Below, piece by piece: positions 20,385-31,209 of a stretch of DNA of 64,000 nucleotides (positions within the stretch are counted from its first letter, which is position 1; each line of letters starts with the position of its first letter). Below the pieces are notes generated by a model, which worked only from the letters and a program-made list of their open reading frames with translations, was not told where the DNA came from and did not search any database. The stretch is from an uncultured Nitrospirota bacterium (GTDB lineage: Bacteria > CG2-30-53-67), in the NCBI GenBank assembly GCA_947259355.1, contig CAMYMF010000010.1, positions 170-64,169 on the forward strand. The letters are read 5' to 3'. A program made the position numbers and the translations under genes.

Positions 20385-22505
20385 ATGAGAGCCCAGCCCC
20401 GGCTGCTTCTTTGTAGCTGCAACCAACAGCTTTCTCTTGATCCCAGATTGCTCCAGAAGAGCCTTGAATTGGGCGAAAAACCTCTCCTTTTTACATCCTT
20501 ATGTAGAAATGAACTCTATCGCCTCGAAAACCTGATTAAAAAAGAGCCGGAGACCCCTCTGCTCATTGCATGTGCCGTGGAAGCGCCCCTGTTCGAGGAA
20601 TTTCTGGGGGAAGCGCGATTTGAGGGGAACGTTTCGTTCACCAATCTCCGAGAGGAGTGTTTCTGGGTCCATGAGACGAGGGAAGCGGCCAATCTGAAGG
20701 CGGCCTCCCTCCTTCACCGGGCGATGGGTGACGCACTGGCATCCATGAACCCCATGACGCAGGAAGCGGAAATCGAGGTCGGTAACGACGTGTTGATTTA
20801 CGGCGACCGGGAATCGTGCCTGTCGTTCGCCTCGATTGTTCCGCTGCGCCTGCAGCCCTATGTGCTCGTGGAGGAAGGCTTCGCCAGAGAAACCAGACAA
20901 AGACTCCTCCAGGGGAACAAATTTGTGGTGGATGCGGGCAAGGTCCTCTCTATCGAGGGTCATCTGGGAGACTATCGGGTTGCCGTGGCCTACAACAACC
21001 CCATTGATCTCATCAAATGTGTCAAATGCCGGCGCTGTCTGGAGGCTTGCCCCAAGGGTGCCATCGATTCCTTTTACCAGATGAACAGGCAAGTGTGCGG
21101 CCCCTGTGACGCCTGCGTCGATGCCTGCGAGGCTGTGGGGGCCATTGATCTTGGCCGCAAAACGGTTCAAGAACGGGTGTTCGATCAGGTGGTGATTCTC
21201 GGCTCATCCTTTTCAATCAATTCCAATGTTCCCCCCAGAGGGATGTACTGCGTTAGACAGCCTCAAGAAAGTGACCTTCGCCCCCTGGCCTCACTCCTGG
21301 TATCCCGTGTGGGCCAGTATAGAAAACGGAAACAGATTCACTATCGTCTGGCCACCTGTGGCTGGGGCGCGTTCAAGCAAGAGGGCTGCATGCGCTGTTG
21401 TGAAGTCTGCCCCGTGTCGGCCCTCACGGGAACAGAAAAGGGAATCGACTGGGATCCGATTCGCTGCATGGGATGCGGCGCGTGTGTCTCCCGCTGCCCC
21501 AATGACTCCTTGACCTATCAGAAACGTCCGGCAAGTGAGATCCACCGCGCGATTTATGCCCTCATCTCCCCGTTGCCCGGTTCTACAAATAATGAAGATC
21601 CACCGGGGGAATCCTGTCTGCTCCTGGGATGCGAACGATGCGGCACCCGGAAGCTCCGAGCCGTGGGCGAGAAGCGACTCCCCTACCCTGCCTCCGTCCG
21701 TCCCCTCTTACTGCCATCGACGGCGCTGATCTCCGAAGATCATATGCTGGAAGCCCTGCGACTGGGCGCTGCCGGCGTTGCGATCCTTCGCTGTGATTGC
21801 ATCCCGGTGATCCCCGAATCACTTCAAGAGGCCATGGATCAGAGCCGTGAGGTTTTGGATGCCTTTGGCGCAGATGCGAAGCAGATTCGGTTGCTGGAAG
21901 AAACAGAACCCGAAAGACTGGCCGGGCAACTGACCTCCTTCGCCGAGGGGCTTACCCCCTTGCCCTGGGCGGCTCAGCAGAACCCCTTGACTTTGGATGA
22001 GAAGCGCGCAGCTCTCAAGACCGCCCTGCGGCATTTCATGGAGGCCACGGGCCATGAACCGGGCAGGATCCCGGCCGGTGCCCACCCCTCCTTTGCAACG
22101 GTCCGGCTCGATCAGGGAAAATGCACTCTGTGCATGGCCTGTGTGGCAGCCTGTCGTCCCAAGGCGTTGAGAGCCGGGGGAGGATCTCCCGAACTGCGAT
22201 GTATCGCCTGGGATTGTATCGCCTGCGGCCTGTGCGAAAGCCTCTGTCCGGAAGATGCAATCACCCTGGAGCGGGGACTGCCGCTCAGCCTCAGCGCCTT
22301 TGAAGAAGAGGTTTTGATGCAGGACGAAGCGGTGGCCTGTCCTCGGTGCGGCAAAGCCTTTATTTCGAAGACGGCCCTGCAGAAGATTCAGGCGGCGTTG
22401 GTGGAGAGTCCTCATTTTGAAGGGAATCGCCAACGGCTTCTGGAGCTGTGTGAAGATTGTCGGGTGGTTTATCTCTTTGAGAGCAATCTGGAAGACGTGA
22501 AATGA
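20385..22505 (+). CDS. large multi-[4Fe-4S] ferredoxin-domain protein heading the formate dehydrogenase operon
   Basis: Six Cys clusters (CVKCRRCLEACP, CGPCDACVDAC, CMRCCEVCP, CMGCGACVSRCP, CTLCMACVAAC, CIACGLCESLCP) plus a terminal CPRCG..CEDC. ATG at 20385; stop overlaps the next start (ATGA). Confidence 0.8.
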   Translation: MRAQPRLLLCSCNQQLSLDPRLLQKSLELGEKPLLFTSLCRNELYRLENLIKKEPETPLLIACAVEAPLFEEFLGEARFEGNVSFTNLREECFWVHETREAANLKAASLLHRAMGDALASMNPMTQEAEIEVGNDVLIYGDRESCLSFASIVPLRLQPYVLVEEGFARETRQRLLQGNKFVVDAGKVLSIEGHLGDYRVAVAYNNPIDLIKCVKCRRCLEACPKGAIDSFYQMNRQVCGPCDACVDACEAVGAIDLGRKTVQERVFDQVVILGSSFSINSNVPPRGMYCVRQPQESDLRPLASLLVSRVGQYRKRKQIHYRLATCGWGAFKQEGCMRCCEVCPVSALTGTEKGIDWDPIRCMGCGACVSRCPNDSLTYQKRPASEIHRAIYALISPLPGSTNNEDPPGESCLLLGCERCGTRKLRAVGEKRLPYPASVRPLLLPSTALISEDHMLEALRLGAAGVAILRCDCIPVIPESLQEAMDQSREVLDAFGADAKQIRLLEETEPERLAGQLTSFAEGLTPLPWAAQQNPLTLDEKRAALKTALRHFMEATGHEPGRIPAGAHPSFATVRLDQGKCTLCMACVAACRPKALRAGGGSPELRCIAWDCIACGLCESLCPEDAITLERGLPLSLSAFEEEVLMQDEAVACPRCGKAFISKTALQKIQAALVESPHFEGNRQRLLELCEDCRVVYLFESNLEDVK

Positions 22506-23191
22506 CAGACACAGCCTTTCACCAGAGTCGCCTCGGGTATTACGACTTTTTGGCGGCACTCCTGATGGAGATCCCCTCCCGGGAGACCCTGGCGCTAATC
22601 TCTCAGCGGGAGCGTCTTCCCGGTGACGCCTATCCCCATGCTTCTCTCAAGGAGGGATGGGAGATCATCGATGCCTTTCTGGATGACCGGCGGGGTGACT
22701 CGGAAGTGCAAAAGGCGGTGGCCCAGGAATTTACCGAACTCTTTCTCTCCCTCGGCGGCGGGCAGGTACTGCCCTTTGAATCCAAGTATATAGACGGAAA
22801 GCTCATGGACCGCTCCCTGGCCCGGCTCCGGCGATTCATGAAGGAGATCGGACTTGCGAAGGCCCCGAAGCTTTATGAGCCCGAGGATTCCCTCGCGGTG
22901 GAGCTGGACATTATGCGCCACCTTATCGCCAACGGGCTGAAAGAAACCAACGGTCATCACGACCGATGGCTTGCGTATCAGGAGGCATTTCTCAATAACC
23001 ATCTTCTCTGCTGGGCCATCGATTTTTTCAAGGATCTGGAAAAGGCGCCGTCAGCGAAGTTCTACAGGGGGGTTGCGAAGGTCGGATACGGTTTTTTGTT
23101 CCTCGAAAGGGAAACCTATGGCCACCTTGGCCTGGAAACCAAGAAAACACGGGGAGAAGAGATCTATGAAAAGAGAAAAAAGAAATTCTGA
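22502..23191 (+). CDS. TorD/DmsD-family redox-enzyme maturation chaperone
   Basis: ..EFTELFLSLGGGQVLPFESKY..EPEDSLAVELDIMRHL.. is the typical pattern of this family. Positioned before the Tat-dependent molybdoenzyme. Confidence 0.8.
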   Translation: MTDTAFHQSRLGYYDFLAALLMEIPSRETLALISQRERLPGDAYPHASLKEGWEIIDAFLDDRRGDSEVQKAVAQEFTELFLSLGGGQVLPFESKYIDGKLMDRSLARLRRFMKEIGLAKAPKLYEPEDSLAVELDIMRHLIANGLKETNGHHDRWLAYQEAFLNNHLLCWAIDFFKDLEKAPSAKFYRGVAKVGYGFLFLERETYGHLGLETKKTRGEEIYEKRKKKF

Positions 23192-23363
23192 GCATGGAAG
23201 AAGGGCATTTCTGAAGGGGCTGGTCGCGGGAGGGGCCGGGATCGTCGCCGCGTCTGCGGTCTCCGCAAAGAAACCACCGAAAAAGGACGGCAAACACTCC
23301 CACGAAACGCTCTACCATGAAACGCCGGAGATCCTGAAGTATTACGAGACCCTGAAATCGTGA
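23166..23363 (+). CDS. small Tat-signal protein ('formate dehydrogenase region TAT target' type)
   Basis: 65 aa, below the ORF-track cutoff as an ATG ORF. It has the twin-arginine motif GRRAFLKG and a C-terminal ..YHETPEILKYYETLKS. Overlaps the TorD-like gene by 26 nt in another frame. Confidence 0.65.
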   Translation: MKREKRNSEHGRRAFLKGLVAGGAGIVAASAVSAKKPPKKDGKHSHETLYHETPEILKYYETLKS

Positions 23364-23521
23364 TGTGCGTTTGTCTCATAAATCGGCGTACAGCGCGGCA
23401 AAACAAAGCAGCCAAGGCGTGTAACATGCGGATCGCAGGCTGCGGCCATGAGCCGAGGAACCCACAAAGGCCTGTGACGTTTTGGTGCTCTGTATGGGAA
23501 TCTTCGTGAAAGGAGTGAAAC

Positions 23522-26359
23522 ATGAGCACAGACAAGGAAGTCAAGAAGGCAAAGTCCGTTTTCCTGAGTGCTCTCTCCGGCCGGTTGTCCTCCCCGGTGA
23601 GTCGGAGGAAACTCTTGAAAACATCGGGACTTGCGATGGGAACGGGGATCGCGGCCTCCCTGGTCCCTCGCGCCCTGGTCCGGGATGCCGGGGCGGAGGA
23701 AGCCCGCAAGGATGCCTATCCGGGCTCCCAAGAGGTCCGCACGATCTGCACCCATTGTGCGGTGGGATGCGGCGTCCTGGCCCGGGTGCAGGACGGCGTG
23801 TGGGTCACCCAGGAACCGGCCCTGGATCATCCCGTCAGCCGAGGTGGTTTCTGCGCCAAGGGGGCTTCGCTACGTGAAGTAGCCTCGGGCGAGAAGCGCC
23901 TGCGCTATCCCATGAAAAAGGTTAATGGAAAATGGGAGCGGGTCTCCTGGGACACGGCCATGTCGGAGATCACCGACAAGCTTCTCAAGATCCGGGAGGA
24001 ATCGGGCCCCGATTCTCTCTTTCTCTTCGGTTCGGCCAAGTTCAACAACGAGCAGGCTTACATGCACCGCAAGTTTGCCGCCATGTGGGGATCCAACAAT
24101 ACCGACCATCAGGCGCGCATCTGTCATTCCACGACCGTGGCCGGTCTGGCCAACACCTGGGGCTACGGGGCCATGACCAACAGCCTCAATGACATCCGCC
24201 ATTCCAAGTGCATTTTCATGATCGGCTCCAATGCGGCGGAGGCCCACCCCGTCGCCATGCAGCACATCCTGGTGGCCAAAGAGAGGCACACCGCGCCGGT
24301 GATCGTGGTCGACCCCCGCTTCACGAAACTGGCCGCGCATGCCACCGAGTACGTACGGATCCGATCGGGCACCGATGTCGCCTTTATGATGGGACTGGTC
24401 AATCTCATCATCGAGAACGACTGGCACGACAAGAATTTTATCCATGATCGCGTCTACGGCTTTGACATGATGCGTAAAGAGGCAGCCCATTATTCCCCGG
24501 AGGTGGTCCAGGACATCTGCGGCGTAGAACCAGCGCAGCTGAAACGGGTCGCCAAGACTCTGGCGGACAACCGCCCGGCGACGGTGGTCTGGTGCATGGG
24601 AGGGACGCAGCACACCATCGGGAACAGCATGACCCGTTCCTACTGCATCTTACAGATGGTGCTGGGCAATATGGGAAAGTCCGGGGGCGGTGCCAATGTC
24701 TTTCGGGGCCACGACAACGTCCAGGGCGCGACGGACATGTGTATCCTCTCTCATTCCCTGCCCGGCTACTACGGCCTGTCCGAAGGCGCCTGGAAGCACT
24801 GGGCCAAGGTGTGGGATGTCGATTACGACTGGCTGGTCTCCCGCTTCGACAGTAAGGAGATGATGGGCAAGAAGGGCTTTACCGTCGCCCGGTGGTATGA
24901 AGGGGTCCTGCAGGATAAAAAGGATCTGGACCAGCGTGACAATACCCGGGCCGTCTTCTACTGGGGAATGGCACCGAATTCTCAGTCCACCATTCACAGA
25001 CTCAAAGAAGCCCTGGACAAGGTGGAACTGGTGGTCGTGATTGATCTGTACCCGAATCTGGTGTCCGCTCTGGCCGAGAGAAAAGAGAACATCTATCTCT
25101 TGCCGGCGGCCAGTCAGTTTGAGACTTCGGGCAGTGCGACCGATACGAGCCGCCATCTGCAGTGGCGATTTAAGGTGATCGAGCCCGCCTTCGAGAGCCG
25201 GCCGGATCAGGATATTATGATCGATTTCGCGAACCGGCTCGGTTTCGGAAAGGAGTACACAAAGTATATCAAGGAGTTTCCGGAGGATGCGACCCGTGAG
25301 TACAACAGAGGAATGTGGACCATTGGCTATACCGGTCAGACCCCGGAGCGGCTGAAGCGACAGGCCATGAACTGGCACACCTTTGACATCGAGACCCTCC
25401 AGGCTCAGGGCGGCCCTTCGGATGGCGAATGGTATGGCCTGCCCTGGCCCTGCTGGAATGAGGAGCACCCCGGCACCCCCATTCTCTACAACATCGACTT
25501 GCCGGTCGCAAAAGGGGGCTTGCCCTTCCGGGCACGCTTCGGAGTGGAGCACGATGGCGTTTCCCAGTTGGCAGGCAGCGGCTCCGCCAACCCCGGCAGT
25601 CAGGTGAACGAAGGCTATCCCGAGTTCACCGACAAGCGTGTCAAGGAGCTGGGGATTCCGCTCACCCCGGAAGAGGCTAAAGCCATTGAAGGAAAAAACT
25701 GGAAAACAGATCTCACGGGGACGATTGTTCGCAAAGCCATTGGCGCGGGAATGGCGCCTTTCGGGAACGCCCGATGCAGAATGAATGTGTGGAACTTTCC
25801 GGATCCCATTCCCATCCACCGGGAGGCCCTTCACTCTCCCCGCCCGGACCTGGTGGCCAAGTATCCCACCTATGAGGACAAACCGAAGCACTACCGGGTG
25901 ACCACCCTCTACAAGAGTATTCAGGACACCAACTGGTCCAAGGATTTCCCGATCATCCTCACCTCGGGACGGGTCGTCCAGCACAACGGCGGCGGCGACG
26001 AAACGAGGAGCAACATCTGGCTGGCCGAGTATGCTCCGGAGATGTATGTGGAGATGAACCCCAGGCTGGCCAACGACCTGGGGGTGCGCGACGGCGACAT
26101 GGTCTGGATCAAGAGTCCCGAGGAAAGCAAAATCAAAGTCAAGGTCAAGGTCACCGAACGGGTGGACCGGACAACCGTCTTTCTCCCCTTCCATTACGGT
26201 GGCATCTTTGAGGGGAGGAACCTCTCCGGAAACTATCCGGAGGGTACCGTCCCCTATGCCATTGGTGAATGTGCCAACACGGTCACCAACTATGGCTACG
26301 ACATCGTGACCCAGATGCAGGAAACCAAAACCGGCCTGTGCAGAATTGAGAAGGCCTAA
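23522..26359 (+). CDS. fdhA: formate dehydrogenase alpha subunit (molybdopterin oxidoreductase, Tat-exported, Cys type)
   Basis: Tat signal [14 protein letters not shown] and N-terminal [10 protein letters not shown] cluster. [23 protein letters not shown] has Cys where E. coli FdnG has selenocysteine. 945 aa. Confidence 0.93.
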   Translation: MSTDKEVKKAKSVFLSALSGRLSSPVSRRKLLKTSGLAMGTGIAASLVPRALVRDAGAEEARKDAYPGSQEVRTICTHCAVGCGVLARVQDGVWVTQEPALDHPVSRGGFCAKGASLREVASGEKRLRYPMKKVNGKWERVSWDTAMSEITDKLLKIREESGPDSLFLFGSAKFNNEQAYMHRKFAAMWGSNNTDHQARICHSTTVAGLANTWGYGAMTNSLNDIRHSKCIFMIGSNAAEAHPVAMQHILVAKERHTAPVIVVDPRFTKLAAHATEYVRIRSGTDVAFMMGLVNLIIENDWHDKNFIHDRVYGFDMMRKEAAHYSPEVVQDICGVEPAQLKRVAKTLADNRPATVVWCMGGTQHTIGNSMTRSYCILQMVLGNMGKSGGGANVFRGHDNVQGATDMCILSHSLPGYYGLSEGAWKHWAKVWDVDYDWLVSRFDSKEMMGKKGFTVARWYEGVLQDKKDLDQRDNTRAVFYWGMAPNSQSTIHRLKEALDKVELVVVIDLYPNLVSALAERKENIYLLPAASQFETSGSATDTSRHLQWRFKVIEPAFESRPDQDIMIDFANRLGFGKEYTKYIKEFPEDATREYNRGMWTIGYTGQTPERLKRQAMNWHTFDIETLQAQGGPSDGEWYGLPWPCWNEEHPGTPILYNIDLPVAKGGLPFRARFGVEHDGVSQLAGSGSANPGSQVNEGYPEFTDKRVKELGIPLTPEEAKAIEGKNWKTDLTGTIVRKAIGAGMAPFGNARCRMNVWNFPDPIPIHREALHSPRPDLVAKYPTYEDKPKHYRVTTLYKSIQDTNWSKDFPIILTSGRVVQHNGGGDETRSNIWLAEYAPEMYVEMNPRLANDLGVRDGDMVWIKSPEESKIKVKVKVTERVDRTTVFLPFHYGGIFEGRNLSGNYPEGTVPYAIGECANTVTNYGYDIVTQMQETKTGLCRIEKA

Positions 26360-26371
26360 GGAGAAAAGATT

Positions 26372-26959
26372 ATGGCACGGATGAAATTCCTCATGGATGT
26401 CTCCCGCTGCATCAACTGTGACGGCTGCACCGTGGCATGCAAGAACACCAACCACGTTCCCTGGGGTATGCACCGCAGACGGGTGGTGACCATCAACGAA
26501 GGCAAGCCGGGGGAACGGAGCCTCTCCGTCGCCTGCATGCACTGTACCAAGGCCCCCTGCATCTCCGTTTGCCCCGTAGACGTCATCTACGAAAGGGAAG
26601 ATGGGGTCGTCCTGCATGACAAGGAAGGATGCATCGGCTGCGGATACTGTCTCTGGGCGTGCCCCTTCGGCGCCCCCCAGTTCCCCGAGTCCGCTCCCTT
26701 TGGCAGTCGGGGGGGGATGGACAAGTGCACCTTCTGCGCGGGCGGTCCCGTGGAAGACTTCTCCTCCGAGGAAAGGGAGAAGTACGGCGCCAACCGGGTG
26801 GGCGAGGGGAAGCTTCCCTCCTGTGCCTCCATGTGCGCAACCAAGGCACTTCTGTCTGGGGACAGTGACAAGATTTCAGAAATCTTCAGGAACAGGATCG
26901 CCAACCGCGGGGCCGGCGGGGGAACGTGGGGTTGGAACATCGCCTATGGGAAGAAGTAG
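26372..26959 (+). CDS. fdhB: formate dehydrogenase iron-sulfur (beta) subunit
   Basis: CINCDGCTVACK, CMHCTKAPCISVCP, CIGCGYCLWACP and CTFC clusters; AAGGAG SD. Confidence 0.9.
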   Translation: MARMKFLMDVSRCINCDGCTVACKNTNHVPWGMHRRRVVTINEGKPGERSLSVACMHCTKAPCISVCPVDVIYEREDGVVLHDKEGCIGCGYCLWACPFGAPQFPESAPFGSRGGMDKCTFCAGGPVEDFSSEEREKYGANRVGEGKLPSCASMCATKALLSGDSDKISEIFRNRIANRGAGGGTWGWNIAYGKK

Positions 26960-27052
26960 ATTTTCCGAGGGGACGAGGCTTCTTTCGAAATCGACCGGAC
27001 GGAAGGGCTCCCGGCAAAGTGGCCGGGACGCCCTTCCCGGGAGGCCTGAAAA

Positions 27053-28036
27053 ATGAATCCTGGCATCCTTCAAAAGCCGAAGAGACTCCTGAGCGTGTGG
27101 CCACGGACCTTGCTGATGGTCTTCGCACTCGGGGTGCTCTGTGCGGGAATCAGTCTGGCCATGACGGCGTACAACGCAGTCCCTGTCAACGACTTCTGGA
27201 GCGCGGTGCGGCAGGGGCCGCAGGAGATCGTCGGGATGACCTTTCGAGATTTCCGTGAGGACATCCTCAAAGGAGCGGGGGGTTGGTTCTTCGCCGCCTT
27301 TATCCTGCTCCTCGGCGGCCACTATCTGATCTTTGGCCCCCATCGGTACCCCGAACCTGAAGAAAGTTCTCTCATATCCCGCTTTACCCCGGGGGAGCGC
27401 ACCATCCACTGGCTGGTGACCTCGCTTTTCATTCTACTGGCCATCACGGGCCTGCTTTTGCTCTACGGAAGGCACATTGTGACACCCATTCTGGGTCAGG
27501 AGACGTTTGCCTCTTTCGCAAAGCTGCTCAAACTCGTCCATAACTTCCTCGGCCCTGCCTTTGTGGTGGCCGTCTTCCTGATGGTCGTAAAATGGTGGCG
27601 GGACGGTGCCGTTTTCAGAGACTACGACTGGGATTGGGTCAAAAGCGGAGGGGGGTATTTGAAGAAAGGTGTGTACGCGCCGGCTGGCCGGTTCAATGCC
27701 GGACAGAAAGGCTGGTTCTGGGCGGTGATCCTGTTGGGACTGGCAACGGCCGTGACCGGTCTGATCCTCGATTTCGGCAATCTTTTCGGAGATCAGTGGG
27801 GGTTGCGTGCGGACGTGGCCACCAAGGACCTGTTCCGATATACCATGATTGTCCACGGCGTCGTGACGGTTCTCTTCGTCGGCGGTGTTCTGGTACACAT
27901 GTACATGGCCGTTTTCGCCGCGCCCGGCTCTCTGTCCGGCATGCTCAACGGAAAGGTTGAGGAGAACTGGGCCAAAGAGCATCATGACCTTTGGTATGTG
28001 GAGCAGAAAGCCAAAGAGGCCGGCGTGGCAGAATAG
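27053..28036 (+). CDS. fdhC: formate dehydrogenase gamma subunit (membrane cytochrome b)
   Basis: Multi-TM protein with His-containing helices (..RTIHWLVTSLF.., ..VHNFLGPAF.., ..MIVHGVVTVLF..VHMY..) directly after the alpha and beta subunits. Confidence 0.8.
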   Translation: MNPGILQKPKRLLSVWPRTLLMVFALGVLCAGISLAMTAYNAVPVNDFWSAVRQGPQEIVGMTFRDFREDILKGAGGWFFAAFILLLGGHYLIFGPHRYPEPEESSLISRFTPGERTIHWLVTSLFILLAITGLLLLYGRHIVTPILGQETFASFAKLLKLVHNFLGPAFVVAVFLMVVKWWRDGAVFRDYDWDWVKSGGGYLKKGVYAPAGRFNAGQKGWFWAVILLGLATAVTGLILDFGNLFGDQWGLRADVATKDLFRYTMIVHGVVTVLFVGGVLVHMYMAVFAAPGSLSGMLNGKVEENWAKEHHDLWYVEQKAKEAGVAE

Positions 28037-28412
28037 ACTTTTCATTAAAGGTTTGCACCCATCCCACAGACACTGGATGCACCCGGCTGTCGGCCTTCAG
28101 TCTGCGGTCCTCGCTAACCCAGCCGTCGGACTGCGGCGCATGTCAAACCATTGAAGCACGTCTGCCTGGGTCGCCCCTCCACGGAAATCGCGCTCTCAGA
28201 AACCAGCCTCCGAAGTTGTCGTGGATTTGGGTTGCTTCTCAACGAAATTGAGCCAATAATACGATGCCATGAAACAGCCGGTATTCCTGGTCTGAGCAGC
28301 AGGCTTTAGTTCCGTCAGTCTATTGCGAGGGAGCGGGTACGGTGTGCGTCAAGTCCGCACTACCCTATGGGCTCAATCCGGGATCCTTCGCACACCCACT
28401 GTTTTCTAGTCA

Positions 28413-29012
28413 ATGAAGACCCTGTGGATCGGCATCTTTGTTTTGGTTCTGCTCTGGTCGGGCATTCACCCCAAGGACTACTTCACCTGGTTTCTGGAGG
28501 TGTTGCCCGCCGTCATCGGAGCGTTTGTATTGGCCATCACCTACAGACGATTCCCTCTGACACCTCTGGTCTATATCCTGATTCTCTTACATTGTATGGT
28601 TCTCATGGTGGGTGGGCATTACACCTACGCCGAGGTGCCGTTGTTCGACAGCTTTCGCAACTGGTTCGGTTTCGAGCGAAACAACTACGACAAAGTCGGT
28701 CATTTCGTTCAGGGTTTCGTGCCCGCCATGATTGCCAGAGAGATCATACTGAGAAAACGCATTGTGCACGGCATGGCGTGGGTCAACTTTTTCATCGTTT
28801 GCATCTGTTTGGCCTTGAGCGCGTTTTACGAATTGATCGAGTGGAGTGTTGCCGTCATGAGTGGTGAGTCGGCAGAGGCCTTTCTCGGCACCCAGGGCTA
28901 TGTTTGGGACACACAATCCGACATGGGGTTGGCTCTTCTGGGCGCGATTGCCGCACTGCTGCTCCTGTCGAAGGCGCACAATCGATCGCTGGCAGCGAAG
29001 CGATACGTTTGA
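28413..29012 (+). CDS. DUF2238 (YjdF-like) inner-membrane protein
   Basis: ..NNYDKVGHFVQGFVPAMIAREI..YELIEWSVAV..FLGTQGYVWDTQSDM.. is characteristic of the family as I recall it. Confidence 0.8.
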   Translation: MKTLWIGIFVLVLLWSGIHPKDYFTWFLEVLPAVIGAFVLAITYRRFPLTPLVYILILLHCMVLMVGGHYTYAEVPLFDSFRNWFGFERNNYDKVGHFVQGFVPAMIAREIILRKRIVHGMAWVNFFIVCICLALSAFYELIEWSVAVMSGESAEAFLGTQGYVWDTQSDMGLALLGAIAALLLLSKAHNRSLAAKRYV

Positions 29013-29160
29013 AACCAAATCTGTCGGGCACAACCACACGGACGTTTGGCCGAGCAACCCATCCCAAAGAATCAAACACAGGCGGGATGTCCGTTTGAAC
29101 ACCGGTACCTGTATGAAACAGCATCCCCACCGCGATAGAATCCCTCACCCAACAGCCGGG

Positions 29161-29859
29161 TTAGCTCAGATCCATGAGCAGAAGCTCCGATGCTTCCCGG
29201 GCGACGATCTGCAGGTCGGCTGTATCGCTGATGGCCGCACCGTCCCCGGCGTGCAACGTCTCTCCGTCCACGGTCACGGATCCTTTGAGGAGCTGAATCC
29301 ATGCGTGTCTGGCGAGACTGAGCGTATGGGCGACGAGCCCTCCGGGCGGGAGCACAGCACAATAGAGTTGCACATCCTGATGGATCTTCAAGACGCCGGG
29401 CCCACCCTCCGGTGACGCAAGAAGCCTCAACCGTCCTCGTTTTTCTTCATCCCCAACGGTAATGTTCTCGTAACCCGGCGCGAGACCCATCTCATTCGGC
29501 TCGATCCAGACCTGAAAAAAGCCGAGCACTTCGTCGGGCGACGGATTGTGCTCACTGTGGGTCACCCCCGTACCGGCGGTCATTCGCTGGACCTGGCCCG
29601 CCTGCAGGGTGGAACGATTGCCACCGCTGTCCCGATGTTCAATGCGCCCCTGAAAGATATAGGAGATGATCTCCATATTCTCATGGCCGTGGGTATCAAA
29701 CCCGCGCCCAGGCTGCACATAATCTTCATTGATAACCCGCAGTGTTCGAAAGCCCATATGGTCCGGGTCATAATAAGTGCTGAAGGAGAAGGTGTGATGG
29801 GTCTTGAGCCAGCCCAAATCCACCTTTCCCCGTTCATTCGATTTTCTGATGCGTATCAT
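29161..29859 (-). CDS. pirin-family protein
   Basis: ..RGKVDLGWLKTHHTFSFSTYYDP..GFDTHGHENMEIISYIFQGRIEHRDSGGN... GGAGG SD before the ATG at 29859. Confidence 0.9.
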   Translation of the reverse strand: MIRIRKSNERGKVDLGWLKTHHTFSFSTYYDPDHMGFRTLRVINEDYVQPGRGFDTHGHENMEIISYIFQGRIEHRDSGGNRSTLQAGQVQRMTAGTGVTHSEHNPSPDEVLGFFQVWIEPNEMGLAPGYENITVGDEEKRGRLRLLASPEGGPGVLKIHQDVQLYCAVLPPGGLVAHTLSLARHAWIQLLKGSVTVDGETLHAGDGAAISDTADLQIVAREASELLLMDLS

Positions 29860-29861
29860 GT

Positions 29862-30515
29862 TCAACCTCCTGTGGGTTGTGTTTGCAGGCAATAGGTCGG
29901 GCCGTTTTGCCTTTCAATGTGAGCATCTTGGCGAATCAGCTCCAGGTGGATGCGGATATCCACTTCCTCGCCGACCACCATCCCCCCATGGTCCAGAGCA
30001 CGGCTCCAGGTCATGCCGAATTGCTTCCGGTTGATCCTGGCCACGGCATCCAACACCAGGCGCTCTGAATGCGGGCCGAGCCCGAAACTGTAGCCCCCAT
30101 TCGACACATGGAGCTTCACCTGCCGGGTTATTCCGCGAATCGTCAGCTCGCCCACAACTGTCAGCCCTCCTCCAGGGTGCCTTATCACCTTATTCGATCG
30201 GAATGTAACTTCGGTGAACTCCGAAGTATGGAACAGTCGGGGACCTTTCAGAAATGCTGCCAGTCCTTCTCTTTCTGAGTGAAGACTCTCTGCCGCAATA
30301 CTGACGGACACTCGCGATCTTCGGACATCGTCTCCGTCGATGTAGACCAGACCGTGAACCTGGTTGAAGCTCCCCCGAGCATGGCTCACGAGCATCTGCC
30401 TCACAGAGAATTCCACGCTGGAGCAGACCCGATCGACGCGCCAGCTGGCCGCGAAGAGTGGGCCGGCGTGATTGAGCACTCCCGAGATGATAAGCAGAAT
30501 ACCGAGTCGTTTCAT
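29862..30515 (-). CDS. YceI-family periplasmic protein
   Basis: Signal peptide plus ..SSVEFSVRQMLVSHARGSF..SEFTEVTFRS..LTVVGELTIRGITRQV... The stop lies 2 nt before the pirin ATG. Confidence 0.85.
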   Translation of the reverse strand: MKRLGILLIISGVLNHAGPLFAASWRVDRVCSSVEFSVRQMLVSHARGSFNQVHGLVYIDGDDVRRSRVSVSIAAESLHSEREGLAAFLKGPRLFHTSEFTEVTFRSNKVIRHPGGGLTVVGELTIRGITRQVKLHVSNGGYSFGLGPHSERLVLDAVARINRKQFGMTWSRALDHGGMVVGEEVDIRIHLELIRQDAHIERQNGPTYCLQTQPTGG

Positions 30516-30673
30516 CTTTCACTCCATACCATGCAAGGCTCCACCAATCCGTCTACAGCATACCCGGCCACGGATTGAAGAGAACGCAATCCCGTCTACC
30601 GGAAGTCTTCTCATCGGTTGCTGCCCTTGTGTTCCGTGTCTTCAACACGAAGCACTCCTTTTAACTTCAATGG

Positions 30674-30689
30674 TTTAATGTTGAACTAT
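30674..30689. promoter_or_regulatory. candidate MarR operator, copy 1 (TTTAATGTTGAACTAT)
   Basis: 15/16 identical to 31210-31225. Lies in the marR-yceI intergenic region. Confidence 0.45.
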
Positions 30690-30711
30690 ATGCCCAAAAA
30701 AATATCCCTGC

Positions 30712-31161
30712 CTATGCTTTTCGCGCGCCAAGCTTTCGGCAAAGACGGCCAAGCTCCTCCTGTTCCGCTGCAGAAAGTATGCTCATCTCTTGCTGAATTC
30801 CCTCCACGTGGGACGGGAAGAGCGAAGATACTAAACGCTGCCCCTCCGCCGTGAGATGGACCATTATGTAACGGCGATCTTTCTCGTCGCGCCGTCGCTC
30901 CACGAGACCGCGCTTCTCCAGGTTGTCCACCACAAGGGTGATGTTGCCGCCGCTCTTCAGGATTTTCCTGCCGAGATCCACCTGGCACATGGGTCCCAGA
31001 TGGAGCAGAGCGTCCAGAACCCCGAACTGACTTTCCGTCAGTCTCGCCCCGGACATGACGTGCCGGGTGCGCGCCGCCACCGACTCGGCTGCACGCACGA
31101 GTTTGATGAAGGCATTCAAGGCTCTTGTCTCCTTCCTGGTCCCCTTATATTGTGTTCCCAA
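30712..31161 (-). CDS. MarR-family transcriptional regulator
   Basis: ..LTESQFGVLDALLHLGPMCQVDLGRKILKSGGNITLVVDNLEKRGLVERRRDEKDRR.. winged-helix pattern. Apparent TTG start with a GGAG 8 nt upstream. Confidence 0.88.
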   Translation of the reverse strand: MGTQYKGTRKETRALNAFIKLVRAAESVAARTRHVMSGARLTESQFGVLDALLHLGPMCQVDLGRKILKSGGNITLVVDNLEKRGLVERRRDEKDRRYIMVHLTAEGQRLVSSLFPSHVEGIQQEMSILSAAEQEELGRLCRKLGARKA

Positions 31162-31209
31162 ACCTGTGACTCCACGAGATCCAAACTTAAACTATTACAT
31201 GCTATATTA

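Noticed and set aside
23522-26359. Possible selenocysteine-containing formate dehydrogenase.
   Set aside because: The ORF is uninterrupted, and the position equivalent to Sec in E. coli FdnG reads Cys (ARICHSTT).
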